A stretch of DNA of 45,632 nucleotides from Minisyncoccota bacterium. GTDB lineage: Bacteria > Patescibacteriota > Patescibacteriia > SG8-24 > DYFX01. This document shows, in pieces, positions 37,595 through 45,632 of the stretch (positions are counted from its first letter, which is position 1; each line of letters begins with the position of its first letter). The notes beneath the pieces were generated by a model, which saw only the letters and a program-made list of their open reading frames with translations, made no database searches and was not told the origin of the DNA. The translations under genes and the position numbers were made by a program. Where the stretch lies: NCBI GenBank assembly GCA_052034355.1, contig JBPOIQ010000049.1, positions 1-45,632 of the forward strand, read 5' to 3'.

Positions 37595-37624
37595 CCCCTG
37601 ACGCGATCAGGGGATTTTATTTTC
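37595..37624 (+). terminator. Rho-independent terminator
   Basis: CCCCTGA-CGCGA-TCAGGGG followed by ATTTTATTTT. Confidence 0.7.
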
Positions 37625-37672
37625 CCGAGCGCTACTGGCAAAAAAAAGCCGCCTCGGCTAGACTGACCCCAT

Positions 37673-38647
37673 ATGTTTGAAGCGTATAAAGGAACTCATG
37701 TTCTCGTTACGGGCGGCGCTGGCTTTATCGGTTCGCACCTCACCGACCGCTTGATCGAACTGGGCGCGACGGTCGTCGTTCTCGACGATCTCTCGACCGG
37801 CAAACTTGAAAACCTCTCGCAGCACGAAGGTAACCCTGCGTTCACGTTCGTGCACGGCAATGCGAACGACTGGCCGACGCTTGACCGCGTCTTTGACGCG
37901 CATAAGCCGGAATACGTCTTCCACCTCGGCGCCTTCTGTGGCGTGAAACGCGTCGAAGAGCGACCCCTCGACGTCTTGAAAGATATCGACGGCATCCGCG
38001 CCATTTTCGAGTTCTGCAAGGACCGCAAGGTGAAGAAGATTTTGTATTCCTCTTCTTCGGAAGTGTACGGAGAACCGATCTCGCTGCCGACGCACGAGCA
38101 CGGCCCCGTCAATCCGAACCCGCGCGATCCCTACAGCCTGGTAAAAATGCTTGGGGAAAACCTGACGCATCACTACTATCAGCAATACGGCTTGAAAACG
38201 GTGGCGTTGCGTTTTTTCAACGTCTATGGACCGCGCCAAGAAAGCTCTCCGTACGGCTTCGTTGTCGGCATTTTCCTGAACCGCGCCTTGAAAGGAGAAC
38301 CTCTCCAAATTTTCGGCGACGGCTCTGCCACGCGCGATTTCGTGTTCTACAAGGACAACATCAATACCATTCTCACCGCCATGCTCAAAGACGAGACAGA
38401 TGGCGAAGTGATCAACGTCGGAAAAGGTTCTCCGACGACGATCCAAGAACTAGCCGAACGTATCGCCTCCATTTCAGGAAAGGACCTGAAGATCGAATAT
38501 CTTCCGATGCGCAAAATTGAAATCAAGTACCGAACGCCGGACGTCACCCGGATGCATGAATTGATTGGCTGCAAAGCCGAAACCGCGCTCGAAACCGGAC
38601 TGAAAGAAACGTACGAGTACATGAAAAAGAAACATGACGCCGCCTAA
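37673..38647 (+). CDS. NAD-dependent nucleotide-sugar epimerase/dehydratase (extended SDR)
   Basis: VLVTGGAGFIGSHL, SSSSEVYG and the YSLVK catalytic YxxxK. 324 aa. Confidence 0.9.
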   Translation: MFEAYKGTHVLVTGGAGFIGSHLTDRLIELGATVVVLDDLSTGKLENLSQHEGNPAFTFVHGNANDWPTLDRVFDAHKPEYVFHLGAFCGVKRVEERPLDVLKDIDGIRAIFEFCKDRKVKKILYSSSSEVYGEPISLPTHEHGPVNPNPRDPYSLVKMLGENLTHHYYQQYGLKTVALRFFNVYGPRQESSPYGFVVGIFLNRALKGEPLQIFGDGSATRDFVFYKDNINTILTAMLKDETDGEVINVGKGSPTTIQELAERIASISGKDLKIEYLPMRKIEIKYRTPDVTRMHELIGCKAETALETGLKETYEYMKKKHDAA

Positions 38648-39749
38648 GCGCGTCCTCCTCTATTCCGCTTTTTACGAACCGTTCGTCTCCGGAGCGGAAG
38701 TGATGGTTGTTGAAACCGTCCGCCGCCTGGCCGGACGTTTTTCGCTGTGCGTCGTCACTGCCAAACTCGATGCCACATTGCCGAATCTCGAAACGAAAAC
38801 ATTCGCGGACGGCTCGCGCTATCAAATCGTGCGACTCGGCTTCGGTAAAAAGTGGGATAAGTTTTTGTTTCCGCTTCTGGCGCCGCTTTGGTCGCTCGGA
38901 CAGCCGCACGATCTCATTCATGCCGTGATGGAATCCTACGCTGGCATCGCGCTTTGGTGGTACCGCGTCTTCGGCGGAAAAAAACCGACGCTCCTCACGC
39001 TTCAATCCGGCGATTTGGACATGCCGGCGAAGAACAGGAAAATCCCCCGCTTCGTTTGGCGAAACATCCACACTTCGCCGACCAAGGTCGTCGGTATTTC
39101 GACGGCGCTCACTCGGCGTGCTGAGAAGTTGGGCGCGAAAAACACGGAGACCATCCCGAACGGCGTCGATTTCAGCCATCTTGCAAAAGTGCCGCGCCTT
39201 GAAAAAAAGAAGAACCGCATTGTCACGGTCGCACGTCTCTCTCCGGAGAAAGGCCTGCCGTTCCTGATCGAGGCGCTCAAAATCGTGCGCCATTCCCTTC
39301 CCGAAGCGGAGCTCGTCCTTGTCGGCGGTGGCGCGCTCGAAGCGCAATTGAAAGCGTACGCGCGCGAACTCGGAGTACAGGATATCGTGCACTTCCTCGG
39401 CGCGAAACCGAACCTGGAAGCCATGACCGAAGTCGCGCAATCCTCGCTCTTCGTCCTTCCTTCGCTGGGTGAAGGCTTAGGCATCGTCTTGCTTGAAGCG
39501 CAGGCGCTCGGCGTGCCCGTGATCGGCACGAACGTCGGAGGCATTCCCGACGTCATCGAAGACGGGCAGAGCGGATTACTCGTTCCACCATCCGACCCGA
39601 AAGCGCTCGCAGAAGCAATCGTGCGCATCCTGTCCAACCATACGCTCGCCGATCACCTTTCAACGACCGCTTCGGGACGACTCGCGAAGTTCGATTGGAA
39701 CAGCATTGCCGAATGCTACGCCCAACTCTACGAATCCATGACCAAATAA
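38634..39749 (+). CDS. Glycosyltransferase family 4
   Basis: 371 aa. PSLGEGLGIVLLEAQALGVPVIGTNVGGIPDVIEDGQSGLLVPPSD. It overlaps the SDR gene by 14 nt. Confidence 0.85.
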   Translation: MTPPKRVLLYSAFYEPFVSGAEVMVVETVRRLAGRFSLCVVTAKLDATLPNLETKTFADGSRYQIVRLGFGKKWDKFLFPLLAPLWSLGQPHDLIHAVMESYAGIALWWYRVFGGKKPTLLTLQSGDLDMPAKNRKIPRFVWRNIHTSPTKVVGISTALTRRAEKLGAKNTETIPNGVDFSHLAKVPRLEKKKNRIVTVARLSPEKGLPFLIEALKIVRHSLPEAELVLVGGGALEAQLKAYARELGVQDIVHFLGAKPNLEAMTEVAQSSLFVLPSLGEGLGIVLLEAQALGVPVIGTNVGGIPDVIEDGQSGLLVPPSDPKALAEAIVRILSNHTLADHLSTTASGRLAKFDWNSIAECYAQLYESMTK

Positions 39750-39762
39750 GAGTTGCGTCACC

Positions 39763-39799
39763 AAAAGCCACCCCTCGAAATGGGTGGCTTTTCTTTTTT
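39763..39799 (+). terminator. Rho-independent terminator after the SDR-GT4 pair
   Basis: AAAAGCCACCC-loop-GGGTGGCTTTT followed by CTTTTTT. Confidence 0.75.
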
Positions 39800-39846
39800 C
39801 AGGGTTGCGACGTATACTGGCCGCAGCCCCAGGAAAGGAGATTCTC

Positions 39847-40155
39847 GTGATCGTTGGCATTAGAAACAAGTCCGGCGTAGACCTCTTCCTGGCAGTCACC
39901 GTCAGGGGGAAACGCCTGTGTTTCGCGCTCTTTTCGAGAAAGCCGAGCAAGATCAAGACTCAAGCGCTCCCGGCCGGCAAGGACTTCGGCATCTCGAACT
40001 GCCAGCAGGGCACGCGTACCGTCGTCGATACCGAAAATTCCGAAATATCGCTCTTTGCCGCCAAGAAGACTCGACGCCTTGTCCGCCTAGATGACAAGAA
40101 CCAAACCGACGGCAAGGAAAGCTACATCTTGTACACCATCAGACTCGCGAACTGA
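39847..40155 (+). CDS. Hypothetical small protein (102 aa, GTG start)
   Basis: In frame with track ORF 39784..40155, whose 5' end lies inside the terminator. The GTG at 39847 is preceded by AGGAAAGGAG. Third-position G/C is high in this frame. Its own terminator follows directly after the stop. I recognise no family. Confidence 0.4.
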   Translation: MIVGIRNKSGVDLFLAVTVRGKRLCFALFSRKPSKIKTQALPAGKDFGISNCQQGTRTVVDTENSEISLFAAKKTRRLVRLDDKNQTDGKESYILYTIRLAN

Positions 40156-40159
40156 TCAC

Positions 40160-40186
40160 TTCTCACGCGACGCGTGAGAATTTTTT
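40160..40186 (+). terminator. Terminator or attenuator hairpin 11 nt upstream of glyA
   Basis: TTCTCACGCG-A-CGCGTGAGAA (effective 7-8 bp stem) followed by T6. Confidence 0.6.
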
Positions 40187-40197
40187 CACAAAAAACC

Positions 40198-41457
40198 ATG
40201 ATACTCCCCTTTCTTTCGAAAACTGATCGTGAACTCGCCGACCTGATCCGTGATGAAGCCGGACGCCAGCAAGAAGGCCTCGAGATGATCGCTTCCGAAA
40301 ACATCGTTTCGGAGGCGGTCTTGGAAGCCCTGGGCTCTCCGCTCACGAACAAATATTCCGAAGGCTATCCCGGCAAGCGTTATTACGGCGGCAACGAAGT
40401 CGTTGATAAGATCGAAACACTTGCGATCGAACGCGCCAAACAACTCTTCGGAGCGGAGCATGCCAACGTCCAGCCGCACGCAGGCTCGCCCGCGAACTTG
40501 GCGGCATACATGGCGCTGGCGGAACCGGGCGCCACGATCATGGCAATGGACTTGGCGATGGGCGGCCACCTGACACACGGCTCACCAGTTAATTTCTCCG
40601 GCAAACTCTACACGTTCACGCACTATGGCGTGCGGAAGGATACGCACCTCATCGACATGGACGAGGTTCGCAAGATTGCGCTTGAAACCAAGCCGAAAAT
40701 TCTTGTCGCTGGGTTTACCGCCTACTCGCGCACGCTCGACTTTGCGGCGTTCCGCGCGATTGCCGATGAAGTCGGCGCATTCTTCATGGTCGACATGGCG
40801 CATTTTGCCGGACTCGCGGCCGGTAAGGCATTCCCGAATCCGATCCCCTACGCCGACGTCGTTACGACAACGACGCACAAGACACTGCGCGGTCCGCGCG
40901 GCGCGATGATTCTTTGCAAAAAAGAGTTCGCCAAAAAAATCGATTCCGCCGTCTTCCCCGGCATGCAAGGCGGGCCGCTCGAACACGTCATCGCCGCCAA
41001 AGCCGTCGCCTTCGGCGAAGCGCTGCGTCCAGAGTTTGAAACGTACCAAGCGCAAGTCGTGAAAAACGCCCGCGCGCTCGCCACAACGCTCGAACAGGAA
41101 GGCGTACGGACGATTACCGGAGGCACGGACAACCACATGGTGCTGGCAGATCTCACCGAACTCGGCATTACGGGAAAACCGGCCGTTGATGCGCTTGATG
41201 CCGCCAGAATCTACACGAACATGAACATGATCCCGTATGATCCGCGTAAGCCGATGGATCCCTCAGGACTCCGCATCGGCACGCCAGCGCTCACGTCACG
41301 CGGCTTGAACGAAGACGATATGCACGTTGTCGGCACTTTGATCGCAAACGTCTTGAAACGTCCGAACGATGAGAGCACGCGCGCCGAAACACTCGCCACC
41401 GTCGAAGGCTTGGTTCGCACTCATCCGATTTATCCAGAATGGAACGCACGCGCATGA
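40198..41457 (+). CDS. glyA: Serine hydroxymethyltransferase
   Basis: ORF trimmed to the ATG at 40198. [24 protein letters not shown] and [13 protein letters not shown] (the PLP lysine). Confidence 0.95.
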   Translation: MILPFLSKTDRELADLIRDEAGRQQEGLEMIASENIVSEAVLEALGSPLTNKYSEGYPGKRYYGGNEVVDKIETLAIERAKQLFGAEHANVQPHAGSPANLAAYMALAEPGATIMAMDLAMGGHLTHGSPVNFSGKLYTFTHYGVRKDTHLIDMDEVRKIALETKPKILVAGFTAYSRTLDFAAFRAIADEVGAFFMVDMAHFAGLAAGKAFPNPIPYADVVTTTTHKTLRGPRGAMILCKKEFAKKIDSAVFPGMQGGPLEHVIAAKAVAFGEALRPEFETYQAQVVKNARALATTLEQEGVRTITGGTDNHMVLADLTELGITGKPAVDALDAARIYTNMNMIPYDPRKPMDPSGLRIGTPALTSRGLNEDDMHVVGTLIANVLKRPNDESTRAETLATVEGLVRTHPIYPEWNARA

Positions 41458-42248
41458 AACGAATTGACGGTCACGCGGAAGCGCGACGCATCAGAACCTC
41501 CGTCAAGGAAGAAGTCGCCCGCCTCGCGAGGCGGCCTGGCTTGGGCGTGATTCTCGTCGGAGACGATCCCGCTTCGCATGTGTATGTCGGCTTAAAAGAA
41601 AAGGCGTGCGCTGAGGCGGGCATCCTGTTCGAGCGCATTGTTTTTCCGGCAAACGTCGCGCAGGAGGACGTCCTGAGAGCCGTCGTGGAGCTCAACGGTC
41701 GCGATGATATCGACGCGATGCTTGTCCAACTTCCGCTCCCGCCGCACTTGAATACGGAAACGATCATGAACGCGATCGATCCGCGCAAAGACGTCGACGG
41801 CTTTCACCGGGAAAACCTGCGCGCCTATCTCGAAGGCGCGGGAGACGAGCCTGGACTCATCGAAGCGATTTCCCTTCTCCTGGACGCGGCCTCCGCGCCG
41901 CACCACGGGCTGGCGTGCGTCCTCGCCAACAGCACGGTTTTTTCCGTACCGCTCGAAACCATGCTTTCGCGCCGCGGGCTCGAACCGACGGAAGACGCCC
42001 TCGCTGCGGATGTCGTCGTAACGGCCACGGGAAAGCCGGGATCCCTCACATCCAACATGATCAAACCTGGGGCAATCGTGATTGATGTTGGCACAACGCG
42101 CGTGGACGGAAAAACGGTGGGTGACGCGGATGAAGAGAGTGTTGCGCGCGTCGCTGGAGCCCTCACACCAGTCCCGGGCGGCGTCGGTCCGGTCACAGTG
42201 GCCATGCTCCTCAAAAAAACGCTGGACCTCGCGAAACGCCACGGATAA
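41454..42248 (+). CDS. folD: Methylenetetrahydrofolate dehydrogenase/methenyl-THF cyclohydrolase FolD-like (divergent NADP domain)
   Basis: ATGA overlap with gly[22 protein letters not shown] and [14 protein letters not shown] are conserved. The GxSxxVGxP Rossmann motif is replaced by ANSTVFSVP. Confidence 0.8.
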   Translation: MKRIDGHAEARRIRTSVKEEVARLARRPGLGVILVGDDPASHVYVGLKEKACAEAGILFERIVFPANVAQEDVLRAVVELNGRDDIDAMLVQLPLPPHLNTETIMNAIDPRKDVDGFHRENLRAYLEGAGDEPGLIEAISLLLDAASAPHHGLACVLANSTVFSVPLETMLSRRGLEPTEDALAADVVVTATGKPGSLTSNMIKPGAIVIDVGTTRVDGKTVGDADEESVARVAGALTPVPGGVGPVTVAMLLKKTLDLAKRHG

Positions 42249-42254
42249 TAAAAG

Positions 42255-42278
42255 AGCCCTCCGATCATTCGGAGGGCT
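42255..42278. terminator. Bidirectional terminator between folD and the GGDEF gene
   Basis: AGCCCTCCGA-TCAT-TCGGAGGGCT, a perfect 10-bp stem between convergent stops. Confidence 0.7.
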
Positions 42279-42284
42279 TCTGCG

Positions 42285-43271
42285 TTACGACCGTGAGAGG
42301 CCTCGCATATTGCGCGTGACGCGATTGCGTCCTTCTTTCTTCGAGGCAAACATGCTCATGTCTGCCCGCTTGAGGACGCTGTCGACCGTGTCGCCGCTTT
42401 CATACTCGGCAACCCCCATCGAGACGGTCACGCGAAGCTCGCGTCCGGACCTGGTCGCAAACAGGCTTCCTTCGATCTCCGCACGGATGCGTTCGCCCAA
42501 GCCGCAAGCAGCAAGCGCATTGTCGAGCACCAGCACGCAGAACTCGTCGCCATGCACGCGCGCCGGGAAGTCTGTGCTCCGACGGGCGCAGTGTGAAGTA
42601 CGCTGCGCGACACCGGCAATGACATCGTCGCCATCGGCGTGCCCGTACGTATCGTTGACCCTCTTGAAGGAGTCGATGTCGTAGTACAGGAGCGAGAACG
42701 GCTTTCCGGACCGAATCGCTTCGGCAACCTTGCGCTCGAGCTGTTCCTTGGTGCCCAAACGCGTGAGATTGTCGTCCTCGATCGAATCGACTTCGTTGAC
42801 CTCGATCTTGAGCCAGCGCTTGTCCTCGTGTTCGATCGGAACCACCGACAGGATTGCGCCGATCAAGCCCTTCATGCGGCTGTCGATCACAACCCGTTCA
42901 CGAATGCGTCCCAACTGCCCCTGGCGGAGCCGTGCGAGAAGCTCCAAGCCGTAGGAAACGGGGATCTCCTGCACGACGCTCTGCTCGGAACGCCTGCGGC
43001 CATGCAGCCGCCGAACGCACTCGAACACGCGGCTACGAACGGATTCACCGACACTCTCGCCGAACACCTGCTCGGCCATGCGATTGCAGACGACGATACG
43101 GTCGTCCTGATCCACAATGATACGGACGGCGTCATCGCACTCGAACGCTTCGTAAACCATGGCACGCGAAGCGAGTACTTCACGCAAAGCCCGGACCGTC
43201 GCCTGGGCGGCAGCGAGCTGCCTCTCCACGCTCTCCGCGCTTGCGCCAGAACCCTTCTGATTCGACATCAC
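42285..43271 (-). CDS. GGDEF-domain protein with an N-terminal PAS-like sensor; noncanonical HGDEF site
   Basis: LLYYDIDSFKRVNDTYGHADGDDVI ... RSTDFPARVHGDEFCVLV ... VSMGVAEY ... LKRADMSMFASKKEGRNRV. A GGAGGAGG SD lies upstream. Confidence 0.8.
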   Translation of the reverse strand: MMSNQKGSGASAESVERQLAAAQATVRALREVLASRAMVYEAFECDDAVRIIVDQDDRIVVCNRMAEQVFGESVGESVRSRVFECVRRLHGRRRSEQSVVQEIPVSYGLELLARLRQGQLGRIRERVVIDSRMKGLIGAILSVVPIEHEDKRWLKIEVNEVDSIEDDNLTRLGTKEQLERKVAEAIRSGKPFSLLYYDIDSFKRVNDTYGHADGDDVIAGVAQRTSHCARRSTDFPARVHGDEFCVLVLDNALAACGLGERIRAEIEGSLFATRSGRELRVTVSMGVAEYESGDTVDSVLKRADMSMFASKKEGRNRVTRNMRGLSRS

Positions 43272-43371
43272 GGCCTCCTCCGCTCATTGAGCGCAAATTT
43301 CGGAAAAAAGGACGAACTTCCTGACACCGAACCTAACAAAAAAAGAGGATTCCGTCAAGGATACCCTCCGA

Positions 43372-44520
43372 TCAATGGCCGTTAAATACGGCGTAGAGCG
43401 CCCCTGCGGCATAGACCGCAAGCAGCAGATAGACAACTCCGTTCGGCACGCGAAGGACGCCGGGCCGCTTTTCGCGTTTGACCTTGAGATACATCAAGGC
43501 TACGAACATGCCTTCGACGCCGATCAAGACAGCGCCAACCAATTCCAAAATACGTCCGAAACTGCGAATGCCGAGAAGATAGAGGAGGAACGGCAAGCCA
43601 ACAGCGGCAGCGGCGGCTACGAACGGCCGTACGCCGAAATCCTGTCGGAATTGCTTGTTGAGATAATCGGTGAAAACGATATAGGACGTCAGGATCGAGA
43701 ACAGTCCGGCGATCGCGCCAAGAAGCGGCAGAGACCCTCCGAATTTCATGCTGAGTCCCCCAACCGCCTCGGGCGTCGTTTCCGGTCCAAGACCGCCGAC
43801 GACAGCCGTCACGAAGGCGATGGTCAATCCGACCGCCATGAGCGTTCCGGCCACGACGCTGCGACGCAGCTTTCGCGGATCGCCACCGACGATTTCGCGC
43901 ACTTCCGTGACGACCGTCAAGCCTCCATAGGCGAACAGCACGATACCATACGGCAAGATCGCATGATCAAGCACGATCGTCGTAAGATGTTCCGTTTTTA
44001 CGGCCGTGGCGGCGATGAATGCCAAAAGCAGGATTGATCCCATTTCAACGAGCGTCATCCAAAAATCGACGCCGGAAAGAAACGCCGTCCCTTTCTTGAC
44101 GACCATGAGACCGAATGAAAAGAGAAGGAGCGATCCCCAAAAAGCGGAGACCGGAAAGAAGGCGGAAGAAATCTGCGAAACGAACAATCCTCCAAGAATA
44201 AGATACGCGAGACTGGAACCGAAAAGGCCGATCACCGACGAAAACGCTTCCAAGCGTTCCGCCCACGGTCCGAGATGGATGCGCACGTATCCGACCAAGC
44301 GATGCTGCCCCGGCGTCGCCATGACGACTTCCGCATACAGAAGATGCGTCAACGTAACCGCCGCCGCAAGGACAATCATCCAAAAAAGGCCCGGCAGATA
44401 GCCGGATTGCTGCACGACGAACGGCAATCCGAAAATTCCGGCACCAACGATCGTGCCGAACAGCACGAAAGAGGCACGAAAACCGGATCCGAAGCGTGAT
44501 GCACGTCTTGCGTTGGCCAT
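43372..44520 (-). CDS. Amino acid permease (Trp/Tyr-permease / HAAAP-like family)
   Basis: 382 aa, about 11 TM. The N-terminal motif is FVLFGTIVGAGIFGLPFVVQQSGYLPG. Confidence 0.75.
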   Translation of the reverse strand: MANARRASRFGSGFRASFVLFGTIVGAGIFGLPFVVQQSGYLPGLFWMIVLAAAVTLTHLLYAEVVMATPGQHRLVGYVRIHLGPWAERLEAFSSVIGLFGSSLAYLILGGLFVSQISSAFFPVSAFWGSLLLFSFGLMVVKKGTAFLSGVDFWMTLVEMGSILLLAFIAATAVKTEHLTTIVLDHAILPYGIVLFAYGGLTVVTEVREIVGGDPRKLRRSVVAGTLMAVGLTIAFVTAVVGGLGPETTPEAVGGLSMKFGGSLPLLGAIAGLFSILTSYIVFTDYLNKQFRQDFGVRPFVAAAAAVGLPFLLYLLGIRSFGRILELVGAVLIGVEGMFVALMYLKVKREKRPGVLRVPNGVVYLLLAVYAAGALYAVFNGH

Positions 44521-44597
44521 AGATGGCTATTCTACCATGTTTTGACTTCGAGGAACCGTAGGTCTACCGTGGATACGGACTCCCCCGGAGGTGTCAC

Positions 44598-45224
44598 GTG
44601 TCCCCACTTTCGCGTTTCCCGACGGTCCTTATCCCCGGCTTCCTTGGCGGACGTCTCTCGCTTCGACCAATGCAAGAAGCGCTCAGCCAATGCGATGTCG
44701 ACATGCATGATTGGCCGCGCGCGCCCTTTCTGTATCGGAAACCGATCGCCTACCACGGACAGCACCTGGCAGAAGACCTACTCAAGCTGCGCGAGACGCT
44801 GGACGAGCCCATCACGCTGGTCGGCTGGTCGGAAGGCGGACTGGTCAGCGTGGCGGCAATGATGAGCCCGATCATTCGCCAGTACGACAACCCGGAAGAG
44901 ATCATCAAGCGCGTCATCACGTTCGGCACGCCGTTCCATGGTGCGCTCTCGGCGGAGATCGGCTGGATCATCGATCCTCTAGTACGTACCTGCATTCGCG
45001 AGATGCGCCCGGGCAGCCCCACGCTCAAGAAGCAGATCGCGTTCCTTCATAAGCAGCGCGACTGGGACTTCCAAGCGATCTTCGGCACGAACGATCTGCT
45101 CGTGCGACCCCGGCAACCGGACCTGAACCCGGAGTGGTGCCACTACGGCCCGTGGTACCACCGCTCGCCCCTCTACGACTCGAGCCTGTACGAACTTATC
45201 CACAGGCTCATCACGACCCCGTGA
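44598..45224 (+). CDS. Alpha/beta-hydrolase (lipase/esterase-like)
   Basis: The GTG start is preceded by GGAGG. It has VLIPGFLGG, the nucleophile elbow GWSEGG (GxSxG) and FGTPFHG. Confidence 0.7.
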   Translation: MSPLSRFPTVLIPGFLGGRLSLRPMQEALSQCDVDMHDWPRAPFLYRKPIAYHGQHLAEDLLKLRETLDEPITLVGWSEGGLVSVAAMMSPIIRQYDNPEEIIKRVITFGTPFHGALSAEIGWIIDPLVRTCIREMRPGSPTLKKQIAFLHKQRDWDFQAIFGTNDLLVRPRQPDLNPEWCHYGPWYHRSPLYDSSLYELIHRLITTP

Positions 45225-45291
45225 ACGGTGCCTTCCAGGCCCGTTTTTTTGTTTTGACGGTGCTAGCCCCATCGCGTACGATAGTGCCACT

Positions 45292-45632
45292 ATGCAAGCT
45301 TCTGGAGACCGTAAGCCCGAATTCGTCCCTCCGCACAATTACGACGCGGAAGCTGCCGTCCTCGGTTCGATTTTGATCGATAAAGAGGCGATCCTGCGCG
45401 TGGCCGACATGGTCACGCCGGAAGATTTCTATCGCGAGAGCCACGGCGCGATTTTTGACGCCATGCTTGGCCTCTACGCCAAGTCGGAACCGATCGACCT
45501 CATTTCCCTCTCCGACCGTCTGAACGAAGCGGGGCAGCTCGAACGCTGCGGCGGACAGACGTACCTAGCGCAGCTCGCGGAAGCCGTACCGACCGCTTCG
45601 CACGTTTTCCATTACGCCAAAATCGTTCAGCG
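45292..45632 (+). CDS. dnaB: Replicative DNA helicase DnaB, N-terminal part (runs off the window)
   Basis: Not in the ORF track. My translation from the ATG at 45292 gives MQASGDRKPEFVPPHNYDAEAAVLGSILIDKEAILRVADMVTPEDFYRESHGAIFDAM..., the canonical DnaB N-terminal domain. Confidence 0.9.
   Translation, partial: MQASGDRKPEFVPPHNYDAEAAVLGSILIDKEAILRVADMVTPEDFYRESHGAIFDAMLGLYAKSEPIDLISLSDRLNEAGQLERCGGQTYLAQLAEAVPTASHVFHYAKIVQ

Noticed and set aside
39800-40197. Riboswitch or T-box upstream of glyA-folD (ZTP/pfl, glycine, T-box considered)
   Set aside because: Only loose resemblances were found: CACCGTCAGGGGGAAA versus the glycine-aptamer ACCGAAGGGGCAA, CCGCCTAG versus ZTP CCGCCTGGGC, and GGGTGG as part of the preceding terminator. 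The spacing is wrong and the region has coding-like third-position bias. I kept it only as a low-interest attenuator question.
40582-44037. Antisense ORFs over glyA, folD, the GGDEF gene and the permease (40582..41136, 41592..42242, 42639..43385, 43375..44037)
   Set aside because: Each lies opposite a gene with strong family motifs. They are shadow ORFs.

Overview
GC-rich bacterial chromosomal window with about 44 protein genes and no rRNA, tRNA, CRISPR or transposase/integrase genes that I could see. Housekeeping genes (secF-secD, secA, hpf, murB, murC, glyA-folD, dnaB) are interleaved with a very large surface-glycan inventory. That inventory holds seven GT4-type glycosyltransferase genes (one fused to a GT-C membrane domain, one a tandem double GT4), a polyprenyl-phosphate sugar phosphotransferase, a Wzx-like flippase and a Wzy/O-antigen-ligase-like protein with TPR repeats. 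It also has two SAM methyltransferases, two LbH acyltransferases, an SDR epimerase/dehydratase, and a WbpB/WbpD/WbpE-like dehydrogenase/acetyltransferase/aminotransferase set. Four things stand out. (1) A split ATP-citrate-lyase-like trio (SucC-like, SucD-like, citryl-CoA-lyase-like) is translationally coupled into the middle of the amino-sugar operon (25.7-28.5 kb). (2) A DAHP-synthase-type (KPRS motif) aldolase sits in a tight operon with KdsB and an insertion-bearing KdsC, where a KDO8P synthase would be expected. (3) SecD carries a parvulin PPIase insert in its periplasmic domain. (4) A compositionally distinct, terminator-bounded divergent pair of orphan genes lies between murC and the next glycan operon. 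The standard genetic code fits, with TGA used as stop in several ATGA start/stop overlaps. The gene style is reminiscent of small-genome Patescibacteria/CPR-like bacteria, but the window alone cannot establish this. All functions are inferred by eye from motifs; no searches were run.
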